Source: Deltaproteobacteria bacterium (GTDB lineage Bacteria; Desulfobacterota; Desulfomonilia; UBA1062). From it: a stretch of DNA of 64,000 nt. The position numbers were made by a program, and so were the translations under genes. Of this stretch, positions 1 to 9,056 are shown piece by piece. The stretch covers positions 997-64,996 of the forward strand of contig JAHDOV010000005.1 of NCBI GenBank assembly GCA_018434685.1, read 5' to 3'. Under the pieces are notes generated by a model. The model had not been told where the DNA came from. It saw only the letters and a program-made list of their open reading frames with translations, and did no database searches. How positions within the stretch are numbered: the stretch's first letter is position 1; each line of letters begins with the position of its first letter.

Positions 1-901
1 CAAGGAGCAGATGCTCGTTGTGGTGGGCGACAGGAACATGGCGGTTTTTAACGACACGTTGGCGTGGGGTGAAAAGCTCCTGCTCTATCCTCACAACATA
101 AACTGGCACAACGGTATTCCTGTGCCTGACAAGAAAGAGGCAAACAAGGTAACGGTGGAACAGAGCGAGCCCTTGAAGGCGGAATGCGCGCATTTTATCG
201 ACTGCATCAGAACGAGAAATACACCGGTTACCGATGCCATAGAGGGCATCGAGGTGTTGAAGATCCTCAAGGCAAGCCAGGAATCACTCAACAGCAATGG
301 CAGGAAGATCTTCCTCAAGGAAGCGTATCGCAAGTCCGACGGCTATTTTATCCACGAATCCAGCTACCTGGATGATGACGTGACTGTCGGGGCAGGGACA
401 AAGATCTGGCACTTCAGCCATGTGCTCAAAGGGTCAAGTGTGGGGAAAAACTGCAGCATCGGCCAGAATGTCGTCGTTGGGCCGGATGCAACCATAGGAA
501 ACGGCTGCAAGATTCAGAATAACGTTTCCATATACAAGGGGGTTACCCTCGAGGACGATGTATTCTGCGGGCCGTCCATGGTCTTTACCAATGTCTTCAA
601 TCCGCGGGCCCATATCTCGAGGATGGACGAGCTGAGGCCGACCGTTGTGAAGCACGGCGCAACCATCGGGGCAAACGCCACCATCGTCTGCGGGCACACC
701 ATCGGTGCCTATGCCTTCATCGGTGCCGGAGCCGTGGTAACCAGGGGTGCTCCAGGTCATGCCCTGATGGTGGGCAACCCCGCCCAGCAGATCGGCTGGA
801 TGTGCGAATGCGGCAACCGTCTGGATGAAAATCTGCGGTGCTCTCATTGCGGCAAGGCATTCGAGAAAAGTGCCGAGGGAATACACATAATTTCTCAGTA
901 A
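1..901 (+). CDS. Fused sugar oxidoreductase C-terminal domain (WbpB/WlbA-like, Gfo/Idh/MocA) and hexapeptide N-acetyltransferase (WbpD/WlbB-like); 5' partial
   Basis: The frame is open to the window edge (phase of nt 2). The first ~95 aa look like the C-terminal domain of Gfo/Idh/MocA oxidoreductases. From YFIHESSY onward it is a left-handed beta-helix acetyltransferase, nearly collinear with WlbB/WbpD as I remember them ([67 protein letters not shown]). Confidence 0.8.
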   Translation, partial: KEQMLVVVGDRNMAVFNDTLAWGEKLLLYPHNINWHNGIPVPDKKEANKVTVEQSEPLKAECAHFIDCIRTRNTPVTDAIEGIEVLKILKASQESLNSNGRKIFLKEAYRKSDGYFIHESSYLDDDVTVGAGTKIWHFSHVLKGSSVGKNCSIGQNVVVGPDATIGNGCKIQNNVSIYKGVTLEDDVFCGPSMVFTNVFNPRAHISRMDELRPTVVKHGATIGANATIVCGHTIGAYAFIGAGAVVTRGAPGHALMVGNPAQQIGWMCECGNRLDENLRCSHCGKAFEKSAEGIHIISQ

Positions 902-938
902 GCTTTCATCAAACAAATAAACATCCAGGGAGATTTTA

Positions 939-2357
939 ATGGCAGCAGAGAGAGAGGATCGGATCTACGATGATGAGCTGGACCTGAGAGAGCTTTTCTC
1001 GGTCTTATGGCGGAGAAAATGGATAATTATCGGTATGGTAATTATCATGGTCCTTCTCGCCTTGGGCTGGACAATAGCTACCTCAAAGAACTATACCGAA
1101 TCGCTCATCCAATTGAATTTCTCGGGCATAGACAAGCACCTCTACCCGGATGAAACCCGGTTCGAGATGCACGATATCATTGCACAGGACATTCTCTCTG
1201 TCGCGGCAAATGCACTCGATAACGCCGAGCACAGAGAATTGTTCACGAGCAATCCGAGGAGCTTCATCTTTATTGACCCCTTCATCCCAATCGAGGTGAA
1301 GGAAAAGATGAAGGCTATGGAGCGTGACAAGCAGACCTATGTGTACCTGCCAAATCAGTTCTTTGTTCGATTCGTTCAGCCCAGAGGCGAAGTGTTCTCT
1401 CACGATGAGAGGAAGAGGGTATTACTGGCAATCAACAGGGCCTATGAAGACAAGTTTGTAAAAGAATATGTAAATCAGAAGCTCGTGGCGTTGAACCTGA
1501 CTCCCGATATACTGGATGGGTATGATTACGGTGAAGTGGTTGATATCTTTAAATCATATGTGGATACCTATATATCATACCTGAACAACATGACCAAAAA
1601 TGCCGGGCTCTACCGGTCGTCGCAAACAGGCCTGTCGTTTGTCGATCTCCTGGATTCTCTTGATAATATCAGGAAGATTGATCTCTACGAGATAGAGTCC
1701 ATCCTCAAGGTCTCCCTCGAAACAAAACAAAAAGAGGCCCTGCTCAAGAAATATCAGTATCGGATAAAATCGCTCGACAAGGAGATGCAGAAAAAGCATG
1801 AAGAGGCGGCGAGTGCAAAGACGCTGCTAGATGAGGTCTGGCGGCAGGAAAAGGGCGGAAATTCCTTGGATATCGGATCGACCAGTCAGACAGCGCCCCA
1901 GATCCTCGTGGATGCATCAGTGCTGGATAAGCTTTCCGGCAAAGAATACAAGGCAGTGCTTCTTCAGAGAGCACTTGATTCAGAGGTTGCCGCAAGTTCG
2001 CTCAGGATAGACAAAAAATTTCTCGAAGATGAAATAACTCTTTTGAAGAGCGAGAAAAACGAGGGCAGTAATCCGGGCATCTCGATTGAATTCATACAAA
2101 ACTCCCTGGAAGGCATCAGAAAACATATCCTGGCCCTTGGGGGAAAGGCCAATGAACTCAGCGCTGAATTTCTTGCGAAAAGATACTCGGGTATTATCAA
2201 GGTCCTGAAAAATCCTGTCTCTGCTACTCAATATGGTAAGAGTCCTGTTGTTGTTTTCGCCTTGAGTTTTGTGATGAGCTTGATTCTTGGGATTTTTATT
2301 GCATTTATAGTAGAATATGTAAGGACGTCTCGAAAGGAAACAGAAGCCGGCAATTAA
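939..2357 (+). CDS. Wzz-family polysaccharide co-polymerase (chain-length determinant), no kinase domain
   Basis: N-terminal Wzz signature (YDDELDLRELFSVLWRRKWIIIG followed by a TM helix), a long periplasmic helical region, and a C-terminal TM helix (VVVFALSFVMSLILGIFIAFIVEY). A GGGAG RBS precedes the ATG. Confidence 0.75.
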   Translation: MAAEREDRIYDDELDLRELFSVLWRRKWIIIGMVIIMVLLALGWTIATSKNYTESLIQLNFSGIDKHLYPDETRFEMHDIIAQDILSVAANALDNAEHRELFTSNPRSFIFIDPFIPIEVKEKMKAMERDKQTYVYLPNQFFVRFVQPRGEVFSHDERKRVLLAINRAYEDKFVKEYVNQKLVALNLTPDILDGYDYGEVVDIFKSYVDTYISYLNNMTKNAGLYRSSQTGLSFVDLLDSLDNIRKIDLYEIESILKVSLETKQKEALLKKYQYRIKSLDKEMQKKHEEAASAKTLLDEVWRQEKGGNSLDIGSTSQTAPQILVDASVLDKLSGKEYKAVLLQRALDSEVAASSLRIDKKFLEDEITLLKSEKNEGSNPGISIEFIQNSLEGIRKHILALGGKANELSAEFLAKRYSGIIKVLKNPVSATQYGKSPVVVFALSFVMSLILGIFIAFIVEYVRTSRKETEAGN

Positions 2358-2481
2358 CAGGCAGAGTATAAAGCAATAGAGGAGAGCTTTTAATTTTTGA
2401 GATGATGTGTTTGGATTATGGGCGTTGTTTTACAGGTGTTTATTAATACATACATTTTTGAAATGATACTTTGGGGGCATT

Positions 2482-3642
2482 ATGAGAGAGGATTTCGATC
2501 AGTCAGCCTATGATGATGAAATAGAATTAGCCCAACTGTTCCTTGTGTTGTGGAAGCGCAAGTGGATCGTTTTAGGCATCAGTTTGCTGATAGTGGCAAC
2601 CACAATAGCTGTGACCCTCACCCTGCCAAAGATTTATGGTGTCTACATTGTATTTGAACCCGGAGTGGTGGATGTGGCGACGGATGGGAAGTTTGTCTAC
2701 ATGGACAGTGTTTCAAACATTAAAGGCAAGATCGACAGTAAAGCTTATGGTCAACGATTGATAGCAGCGCTGGGTGCTAATCCATATAATAACAACTCGA
2801 TTGAGTTGAGAACAGAACTACCTAACAAAGCAAATATTATCAAGGTGAGCTATGAAGTAGAGAAAGATGAGATAGACAGTGGAGTGAAGCTTTTAAACCA
2901 GCTGGTGGAAGAACTCCAAATCGATTACACCGATGATATTCAATTGAAAAAAGATGAATTCAACAACCAGCTTTTTTTGAAGAAGAATAAGTTTCACATG
3001 CTCGAATTCCGAAGAAAAGACCTGATCAACCAGATACTGATAAAGGAAAAGCTCATCAAGGATAAATATGAAGAGATTGAAAGACAAAAGACAAATGTAG
3101 ATTCTTGTGATCAAAAGATTCAAGAGCTGCTTCAGGGATTAAAAAATGCAAAAGAGAACACAGATAGTGTTGTTCTCAAGCGAGATACATTGCATAACAA
3201 AGACACACAGGGTTCCGAAAATGAAGTTGCCGACCTTTTCTATTCTGCAACCATCCAGCAAAATGTCGCATTCTTTAATGAGTTAAAAAACCAGATCAAT
3301 TATCTCCGGACAGACAAAGAGAGTTCCAAGTACTACATGGAACGATTGCAGGAAGATATTGATGAATTATATAGTGATATTGAGAGAATAACTAAAGAAA
3401 AAGACGAGACTATTCAATCCGAGATGGATTCACTGCAAGCAGAGATCAATAAATTAGAAAATAAGGTTAATTATATCCAGGCCATTAAAATTATAACTGA
3501 CCCAACTGTAACTCCCTATTCCATAAAACCCAATGTAAAAATGAATCTCATTCTTTCACTGTTCATTGGGCTGATAGTGAGCGTACTCATTGCTTTCATT
3601 GTTGAATACATATCAAATGCAAGAAAAGACCTTCATGTATAG
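2482..3642 (+). CDS. Second Wzz-family co-polymerase, AT-rich, coiled-coil-rich
   Basis: Same N-terminal signature as the upstream gene (YDDEIELAQLFLVLWKRKWIVLG plus TM). The middle is K/E/Q-rich and coiled-coil-like, and there is a C-terminal TM helix (LILSLFIGLIVSVLIAFIVEY). The DNA is visibly more AT-rich than either neighbour. Confidence 0.7.
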   Translation: MREDFDQSAYDDEIELAQLFLVLWKRKWIVLGISLLIVATTIAVTLTLPKIYGVYIVFEPGVVDVATDGKFVYMDSVSNIKGKIDSKAYGQRLIAALGANPYNNNSIELRTELPNKANIIKVSYEVEKDEIDSGVKLLNQLVEELQIDYTDDIQLKKDEFNNQLFLKKNKFHMLEFRRKDLINQILIKEKLIKDKYEEIERQKTNVDSCDQKIQELLQGLKNAKENTDSVVLKRDTLHNKDTQGSENEVADLFYSATIQQNVAFFNELKNQINYLRTDKESSKYYMERLQEDIDELYSDIERITKEKDETIQSEMDSLQAEINKLENKVNYIQAIKIITDPTVTPYSIKPNVKMNLILSLFIGLIVSVLIAFIVEYISNARKDLHV

Positions 3643-3689
3643 ATACTTTGTATATGGGAATATAATTTATGTGTAAGGAGGACGCTAAG

Positions 3690-5324
3690 ATGGAATATTC
3701 AGTGAGCCCCGATGGCAAGGAGTACCCCCTTCCTCTTGAGGATGACTACGAAAAAGAGTTCGACCGGCTCAAAACCATTACCGATACACAGCGGGGACTC
3801 GGTCGGGAGATCGTTGTGGTCATGGGCCTGGGTTTTGTTGGGGCTGTCATGGCTGCGGTTGTTGCCGACAGTACAGACAAGAAAACAGGAGAAGCAAAAA
3901 AGTTTGTCATCGGCATGCAGCGACCGAGTTCCAGGAGCTACTGGAAGATTCCAAAATTCAACAGCGGCGTCTCTCCAGTCAAGGCTGAAGACCCGGAAGT
4001 CGAGGAACTCATCCATCGCTGTGTCCTTGAAAGAAAGAACCTCATTGCAACCTACACCTACGATGCCCTGTGCCTGGCAGATGTGGTTGTTGTGGACGTG
4101 CAGTGCGATTTCCTCAAGCAGGAACTGGGCAACTGTACGACCGGCAGGGCCGAGATCGCTGCCCTGGAAGAATCCATGAAGGTAATCGGTGAGAAGATAC
4201 AGCCAGGGTGCCTCGTGTTGATCGAAACAACAGTTCCACCCGGAACAACTGAATATATTGCCTATCCCACTATCAAGAAGGCATTCAAAGAACGCGGCAT
4301 AACGTCAGAGCCGCTCCTTGCCCACAGCTATGAAAGAGTCATGCCGGGCAAGGATTATGTCAAATCGATCAGAGACTTCTGGCGTGTCTGCAGCGGAATC
4401 AATGAAGAGAGCAAAAAAGGGGTCGAGCAATTTTTGTCCGATGTGCTCAATGTAGATGACTATCCCCTCACGGTACTCGACAAACCTATCGAGAGTGAAA
4501 CAGCTAAAATCGTGGAAAACAGCTACCGTGCAACCATCCTTGCCTTCCTGGATGAGTGGAGCAATTTCTGTGAGAAGAACGGTGTCGATCTTATCAAGGT
4601 CATCAAGGCCATAAAGGTGCGTCCCACCCACAGCAATATGATCTTCCCGGGCCCTGGTATCGGGGGATACTGCCTACCCAAGGACGGCGGTCTCGGCGTA
4701 TGGTCATATCGGCACCTCATGGGTTTTGAAGACAATAATTTCAAGATTACGCCAGTTGCCATTAATATCAACGATACAAGAGCCTTGCATGCAGTCCAGC
4801 TCGTCAGGGATGCACTCAGGAACATGGGCAAGATCGTTGCTGCCTCCGTTGTGACTGTACTTGGGGCATCTTATCGAGAGGACGTCGGAGACACCCGTTA
4901 CAGTGGCTCGGAGCTCATTGTCAGGAAACTAACTGAAATGGGGGCAGACGTCAGGGTGCACGACCCGTATGTCGAGCACTGGTGGGAATTTGAGGCGCAA
5001 GATACTTATCCGGCAGTCGGTGCAAGCTGGTCAAGATTCTTCAGGAATCAGGAAGGACTTAAACACCTGCATCTGAACAATGACCTTGAGGCGGCAATAA
5101 AAGGGGCAGATGCCGTAGTTATGGCGGTCAGACACTCAGACTACCTTGATCTTGATCCTGATACGCTGGTGCAGATGATAGGTTCTTCTGCAGCGATCAT
5201 TGATTGCTTCGGTATCCTTGATGATGAGAAGATCAAGAGATTCTTCGAGCTTGGCTGTGAAGTAAAAGGTCTCGGGCGGGGTCATATCCAGCGGATTAAA
5301 GAGAGTGTTCGTTCTGGGGAATAG
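3690..5324 (+). CDS. Nucleotide-sugar 6-dehydrogenase (UDP-glucose/GDP-mannose dehydrogenase family, WbpA/WecC/TviB-like)
   Basis: Rossmann motif VVVMGLGFVGAVMA, catalytic-Cys region GGYCLPKD, and a C-terminal UDP-binding domain (VLGASYREDVGDTRYS). I prefer the start at 3690 because AAGGAGG lies 8 nt upstream. The track ORF begins at 3669. Confidence 0.85.
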   Translation: MEYSVSPDGKEYPLPLEDDYEKEFDRLKTITDTQRGLGREIVVVMGLGFVGAVMAAVVADSTDKKTGEAKKFVIGMQRPSSRSYWKIPKFNSGVSPVKAEDPEVEELIHRCVLERKNLIATYTYDALCLADVVVVDVQCDFLKQELGNCTTGRAEIAALEESMKVIGEKIQPGCLVLIETTVPPGTTEYIAYPTIKKAFKERGITSEPLLAHSYERVMPGKDYVKSIRDFWRVCSGINEESKKGVEQFLSDVLNVDDYPLTVLDKPIESETAKIVENSYRATILAFLDEWSNFCEKNGVDLIKVIKAIKVRPTHSNMIFPGPGIGGYCLPKDGGLGVWSYRHLMGFEDNNFKITPVAININDTRALHAVQLVRDALRNMGKIVAASVVTVLGASYREDVGDTRYSGSELIVRKLTEMGADVRVHDPYVEHWWEFEAQDTYPAVGASWSRFFRNQEGLKHLHLNNDLEAAIKGADAVVMAVRHSDYLDLDPDTLVQMIGSSAAIIDCFGILDDEKIKRFFELGCEVKGLGRGHIQRIKESVRSGE

Positions 5325-5750
5325 GCCACTATAGTCAGTTGAACCGGGAGTTTCAGCATATCAACGACATCTCCGATGGGATAATACGGAAAGATGAGCG
5401 GAACGCGAAGATTACGGAGATGGAGATAATGAGGATTAAGATGATCTCGAAGGTGAGATACGAGATTGAACAGTATCTCGGAGCGACGGTGTTGCACCAG
5501 GGGGCATTCCGAGGCCGGTTCACTATTTTGCCAAAAAGGGTTGGGACCGGATCTGTCAGGTAATGGCCTTCAACCTGAAGTGGTCATACTGTGCGGGGTT
5601 AAAGGAACCGGCGAATACAATGGCGACATAGGGACAGGTGTGTTTGGGGCATGGAAATTCAGCCGGATATGAGGGGAATGGAGATGAATCAGTCATGAGA
5701 ATGCCCCCTTTTCCTTGATAGTTGGATGAAAAATTATCAATCAAACCTAG

Positions 5751-7238
5751 ATGAACGCCTTCTGCCGGATTACGCAAAGGTCTCCTCTTATGCTACTACG
5801 CCATAGTATTTATTATCTGCTGGCTCGCGGCATACCGGGGCTGGTCAACGTCGCGGCTCTCGCACTTTTTACCCGTCTTCTGGCCCCTGATGAGTTCGGA
5901 AGGTATGCATTGGTTATCATTGGCGTGGGATTGGCAAATGTTGTTGTTTTTCAATGGCTGCGTCTGGTGCTGGCGCGATTTCTCCAGGCCAGCCGAGATG
6001 ATTTAGAACGTTTTCTGGCTGGCATACTCAGTCTGTTTCTCACACTCTCTGTAGTGGTAACGGGCACGGGATTTTTGCTAGGGGTTTTGTGGCCTGATCC
6101 AGTATGGCAAAAACTGCTGATGTTGTCAGTTCTCTTGCTAGTTACTGAGGCTTGGTTCGAACTGAACCTGTCGATTGCACAAGCCGAGGTCAAGCCTGTC
6201 CAGTACGGAAAGCTTCTTGGCAGCAAGGCCCTGCTTTCGCTGGTGGTAGGAGGGGTGTTGGCTTGGTTTGGTTTGGGCACTGCGGCCCCGATCATGGGGT
6301 TGCTTTTCGCGTATATTGCATCCTTCATGTTGTTTGCATTGGCTGCTTGGCATGGAAGTTCTCCCAGATGGCCTCAATCTGATGTATTGCGAGCTCAGTT
6401 GCGTTACGGATTGCCTTTGATAGTCACCTTTGCTTTGAGTTGGGTGGTATCCGGCTCTGATCGGCTGATGATAGCATGGTTTCTCGATGAGACTGCGGTC
6501 GGGATGTACGCCGCAGGCTACGATCTGGTATTTCAAAGCCTGATTCTACTATTAAGCATTATCAATACGGCAGCCTACCCTTTGGCTGTGAATGCAATGG
6601 AGCACGGAGGCAAAGATGAGGCCTGCAAGCAGCTTGAGCAAAATGGCCAATTGATTATTGCAGCCGCACTTGCGGGTGGCATGGGCCTTATTGTTCTGGG
6701 TCCACACCTCGTTGCCATTATGATTGGTGAGGAGTTTCGTGCCGCCTCGTTGGCTATTCTGCCATGGGTGGCTGTGGCTGCTGTCGTGGCGGGTGTTAAG
6801 ACGTACCACTTTGATCTGGCTTTCCAACTCGGCTATGCGAGCCACTGGCTGGTCTTAACAAGTGGTGTGGCCGCAGTGTCAAATGTAGCATTGAACGTGA
6901 TGCTTATCCCTTCTTTTGGGATTGTTGGAGCAGCATGGGCTTCGCTAGCGGCATTCAGCATTGCCGCCATCACCAGCGCATGGTTGGGATCTCGTATCAT
7001 CACCATGCCAGACTTAATTCCTATGTTTATTAAAGCTGTAATCGTGGCCGTCCTAGTCGGCAGCACGGCATGGCTTGGTGCCGGCTTAAGTGAAGTGACC
7101 TGGAAGGCACTACTTCTTGGTTCATTGTCCGGTACAGCTATGGCAATTTTAGCCAGTCTGCTGACAAATCTATGTGCCTTCCGGACGCTAGTGATTACTC
7201 ATGCGCGAGGCCGTTTTATAGAGGCTGACAAACGATAA
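5751..7238 (+). CDS. Wzx-like oligosaccharide flippase (MOP superfamily polysaccharide biosynthesis protein)
   Basis: About 12 predicted TM helices with a typical RfbX/Wzx-like N-terminus (LARGIPGLVNVAALALFTRLLAPDEFGRYALV). An alternative start at 5790 (MLLRHS) is possible. Confidence 0.75.
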   Translation: MNAFCRITQRSPLMLLRHSIYYLLARGIPGLVNVAALALFTRLLAPDEFGRYALVIIGVGLANVVVFQWLRLVLARFLQASRDDLERFLAGILSLFLTLSVVVTGTGFLLGVLWPDPVWQKLLMLSVLLLVTEAWFELNLSIAQAEVKPVQYGKLLGSKALLSLVVGGVLAWFGLGTAAPIMGLLFAYIASFMLFALAAWHGSSPRWPQSDVLRAQLRYGLPLIVTFALSWVVSGSDRLMIAWFLDETAVGMYAAGYDLVFQSLILLLSIINTAAYPLAVNAMEHGGKDEACKQLEQNGQLIIAAALAGGMGLIVLGPHLVAIMIGEEFRAASLAILPWVAVAAVVAGVKTYHFDLAFQLGYASHWLVLTSGVAAVSNVALNVMLIPSFGIVGAAWASLAAFSIAAITSAWLGSRIITMPDLIPMFIKAVIVAVLVGSTAWLGAGLSEVTWKALLLGSLSGTAMAILASLLTNLCAFRTLVITHARGRFIEADKR

Positions 7239-7603
7239 AATTGGTTGAAATAAAGATGACTTATTAAAACCGTTGAACAATTCCAACACCAGCAGGGCTG
7301 GTCAAGGTACTGATTTTCAGAGATAAAGATATTTAATCAAATCGGGTTAATTCCCCGCAGCTAGTTGCGGGGTAGTTCATTAGAAAATCATGGTATACTC
7401 CTTTTCATCATATAATACATATGGAGGTGGAATAGCGTGGTATGTGCAGACGCGAGACGGATTTCTAAGTTGATCTTGGCAGCAAATGTGCCTGGGATTA
7501 ACAGTGAAATATACGGGGCGGGGGATGTAGTGGATCATATACCTCACAACATTGTTTACACAAAACAAGCTGCTGCTTTTTGTTGCAATAAGGCACGAAT
7601 GGT

Positions 7604-8704
7604 ATGAAGATTGCGTTTCTTGGTGATTTAGCTCTTTTTGGTCGTTTCTGTTTGAAACAAAATCGTGATGTTTTTATTTATCTTGAAAACGTAGCTGAAT
7701 ATCTCAAACAACATAATCTTGTTGTCGCAAATCTAGAGGCACCTTTTTCAGAAGACGCCCGGGCCTATGGTGCAAAGTCGGCACATATCCGATCAGCGCC
7801 AGAAAATATCGATATTCTGAAGTATCTTGGGATTACTCATGTTTCCCTAGCTAACAACCACATGGGTGATTTTGGGCTAGAAGGATTTGCAGGCACTAAG
7901 AATCTTCTCGAAAAATCGGGAATTGTTCATTTTGGGACAGGTGGGAATCAGGTAAAAATCGATGGTGCTGATGCTCGGGTTGCACTTATGGGCTACTGTG
8001 CTTATAACACGAACCCTTTGCTTACCACTGATCACTTCAAAGAGGGTGTAAATGTCCTAGATGTGAAACACGTCATTGACGATATGGACGCCAATACGCT
8101 TGAAGGTTATGTGAATATTATTTCAGTTCATTCGGGGCAAGAACATGTGCCAATGCCGAGCCAGGAAGATGTCCGTTTTGCGCGTGGGCTTGCAAGACGG
8201 AGTCCGTACGTGTATTTTGGCCATCACCCACATGTTATTCAAGGCGTGGAAGAATGGTTAGGTTCAACAATTTTCTACAGTTTAGGGAATTTTCTTTTCG
8301 ATGACATATACACTCCACGCAATGGTACAAAGCCGTTAATCACTCTATCCGAAGCCAACAAAACCGGGTTGATTGCTACCGTAGAGATTTTGGGGAATCG
8401 CATAACAGACTGGAGCTTTATTCCGTTATACCTAGGGAGAGAACGCCTTCTTATTGAAGATGAAGTGAGCAATTTTGATATGCAAGAAATAAACGCTCAT
8501 TTAGCCGATGTGTATGGCGTTGAATATTCGAATAAGCGCGCACTCTGCATCTCTGAATATTTATTGGGACGTAAGGCGAAGCGAAATCTAAGTTGGTATC
8601 TCCGTCGTCTTAACCTCAATTCGGTCGGGATGATATTGAATGCACGTAGAAATAATTATTTGCAGAAGATACATTTCAAGTCGCAGCTTGGATTTCTTGA
8701 TTAA
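7604..8704 (+). CDS. CapA-family (PGA_cap) metallophosphoesterase-like protein
   Basis: CapA-like N-terminus (MKIAFLGDLALFGR), NLEAPF, SLANNHMGDFG, VHSGQEH and GHHPHVIQG motifs in the order expected for the CapA/PgsA family. Confidence 0.75.
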   Translation: MKIAFLGDLALFGRFCLKQNRDVFIYLENVAEYLKQHNLVVANLEAPFSEDARAYGAKSAHIRSAPENIDILKYLGITHVSLANNHMGDFGLEGFAGTKNLLEKSGIVHFGTGGNQVKIDGADARVALMGYCAYNTNPLLTTDHFKEGVNVLDVKHVIDDMDANTLEGYVNIISVHSGQEHVPMPSQEDVRFARGLARRSPYVYFGHHPHVIQGVEEWLGSTIFYSLGNFLFDDIYTPRNGTKPLITLSEANKTGLIATVEILGNRITDWSFIPLYLGRERLLIEDEVSNFDMQEINAHLADVYGVEYSNKRALCISEYLLGRKAKRNLSWYLRRLNLNSVGMILNARRNNYLQKIHFKSQLGFLD

Positions 8705-9056
8705 TTAAGGAGAAACCAAGGATGTCTGGTGCTATCGTCAAAGATGATTTCTACGGTAAAACACAGCACCTCGGAAAAATGTTTGAGTTCTTTCTTATGC
8801 GCAAGCCAGGCTGGCCATTGTCAACGGAACGTTAACCGGAATCGTGAGCAAGACCGTAAAGTCCATGCCAGTGTTTGCTTGGGAGAGTCCAGCCGATACT
8901 CCAGGGTTTTGATCGTATGAATGCGTGGATTACACAGTGCTACAAGCCAACAATGACGCAAGGATGTGTTCCCAGCACCTATAATGAACAGGTACAACTC
9001 TACGATTTCTCCGCCATTACCTGCAATTTGCGCAGAGTAATGCAAGGCATCATAAA

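Noticed and set aside
3712-4179. A 155-aa alternative-frame ORF inside the nucleotide-sugar dehydrogenase gene, along with similar same-strand overlapping ORFs (32149-32529, 32283-32654, 37554-38183, 44017-44466).
   Set aside because: They are out-of-frame overlaps within well-supported genes. The translations are S/R/P/A-rich with no motifs.
7353-7372. Hairpin CCCCGCA-GCTAGT-TGCGGGG in the 365-bp spacer before the CapA-like gene, considered as a CRISPR repeat, REP element or terminator.
   Set aside because: It is a single copy in the window, has no flanking spacer-repeat periodicity, and no T-run follows it. It is not enough for any call beyond a generic hairpin.
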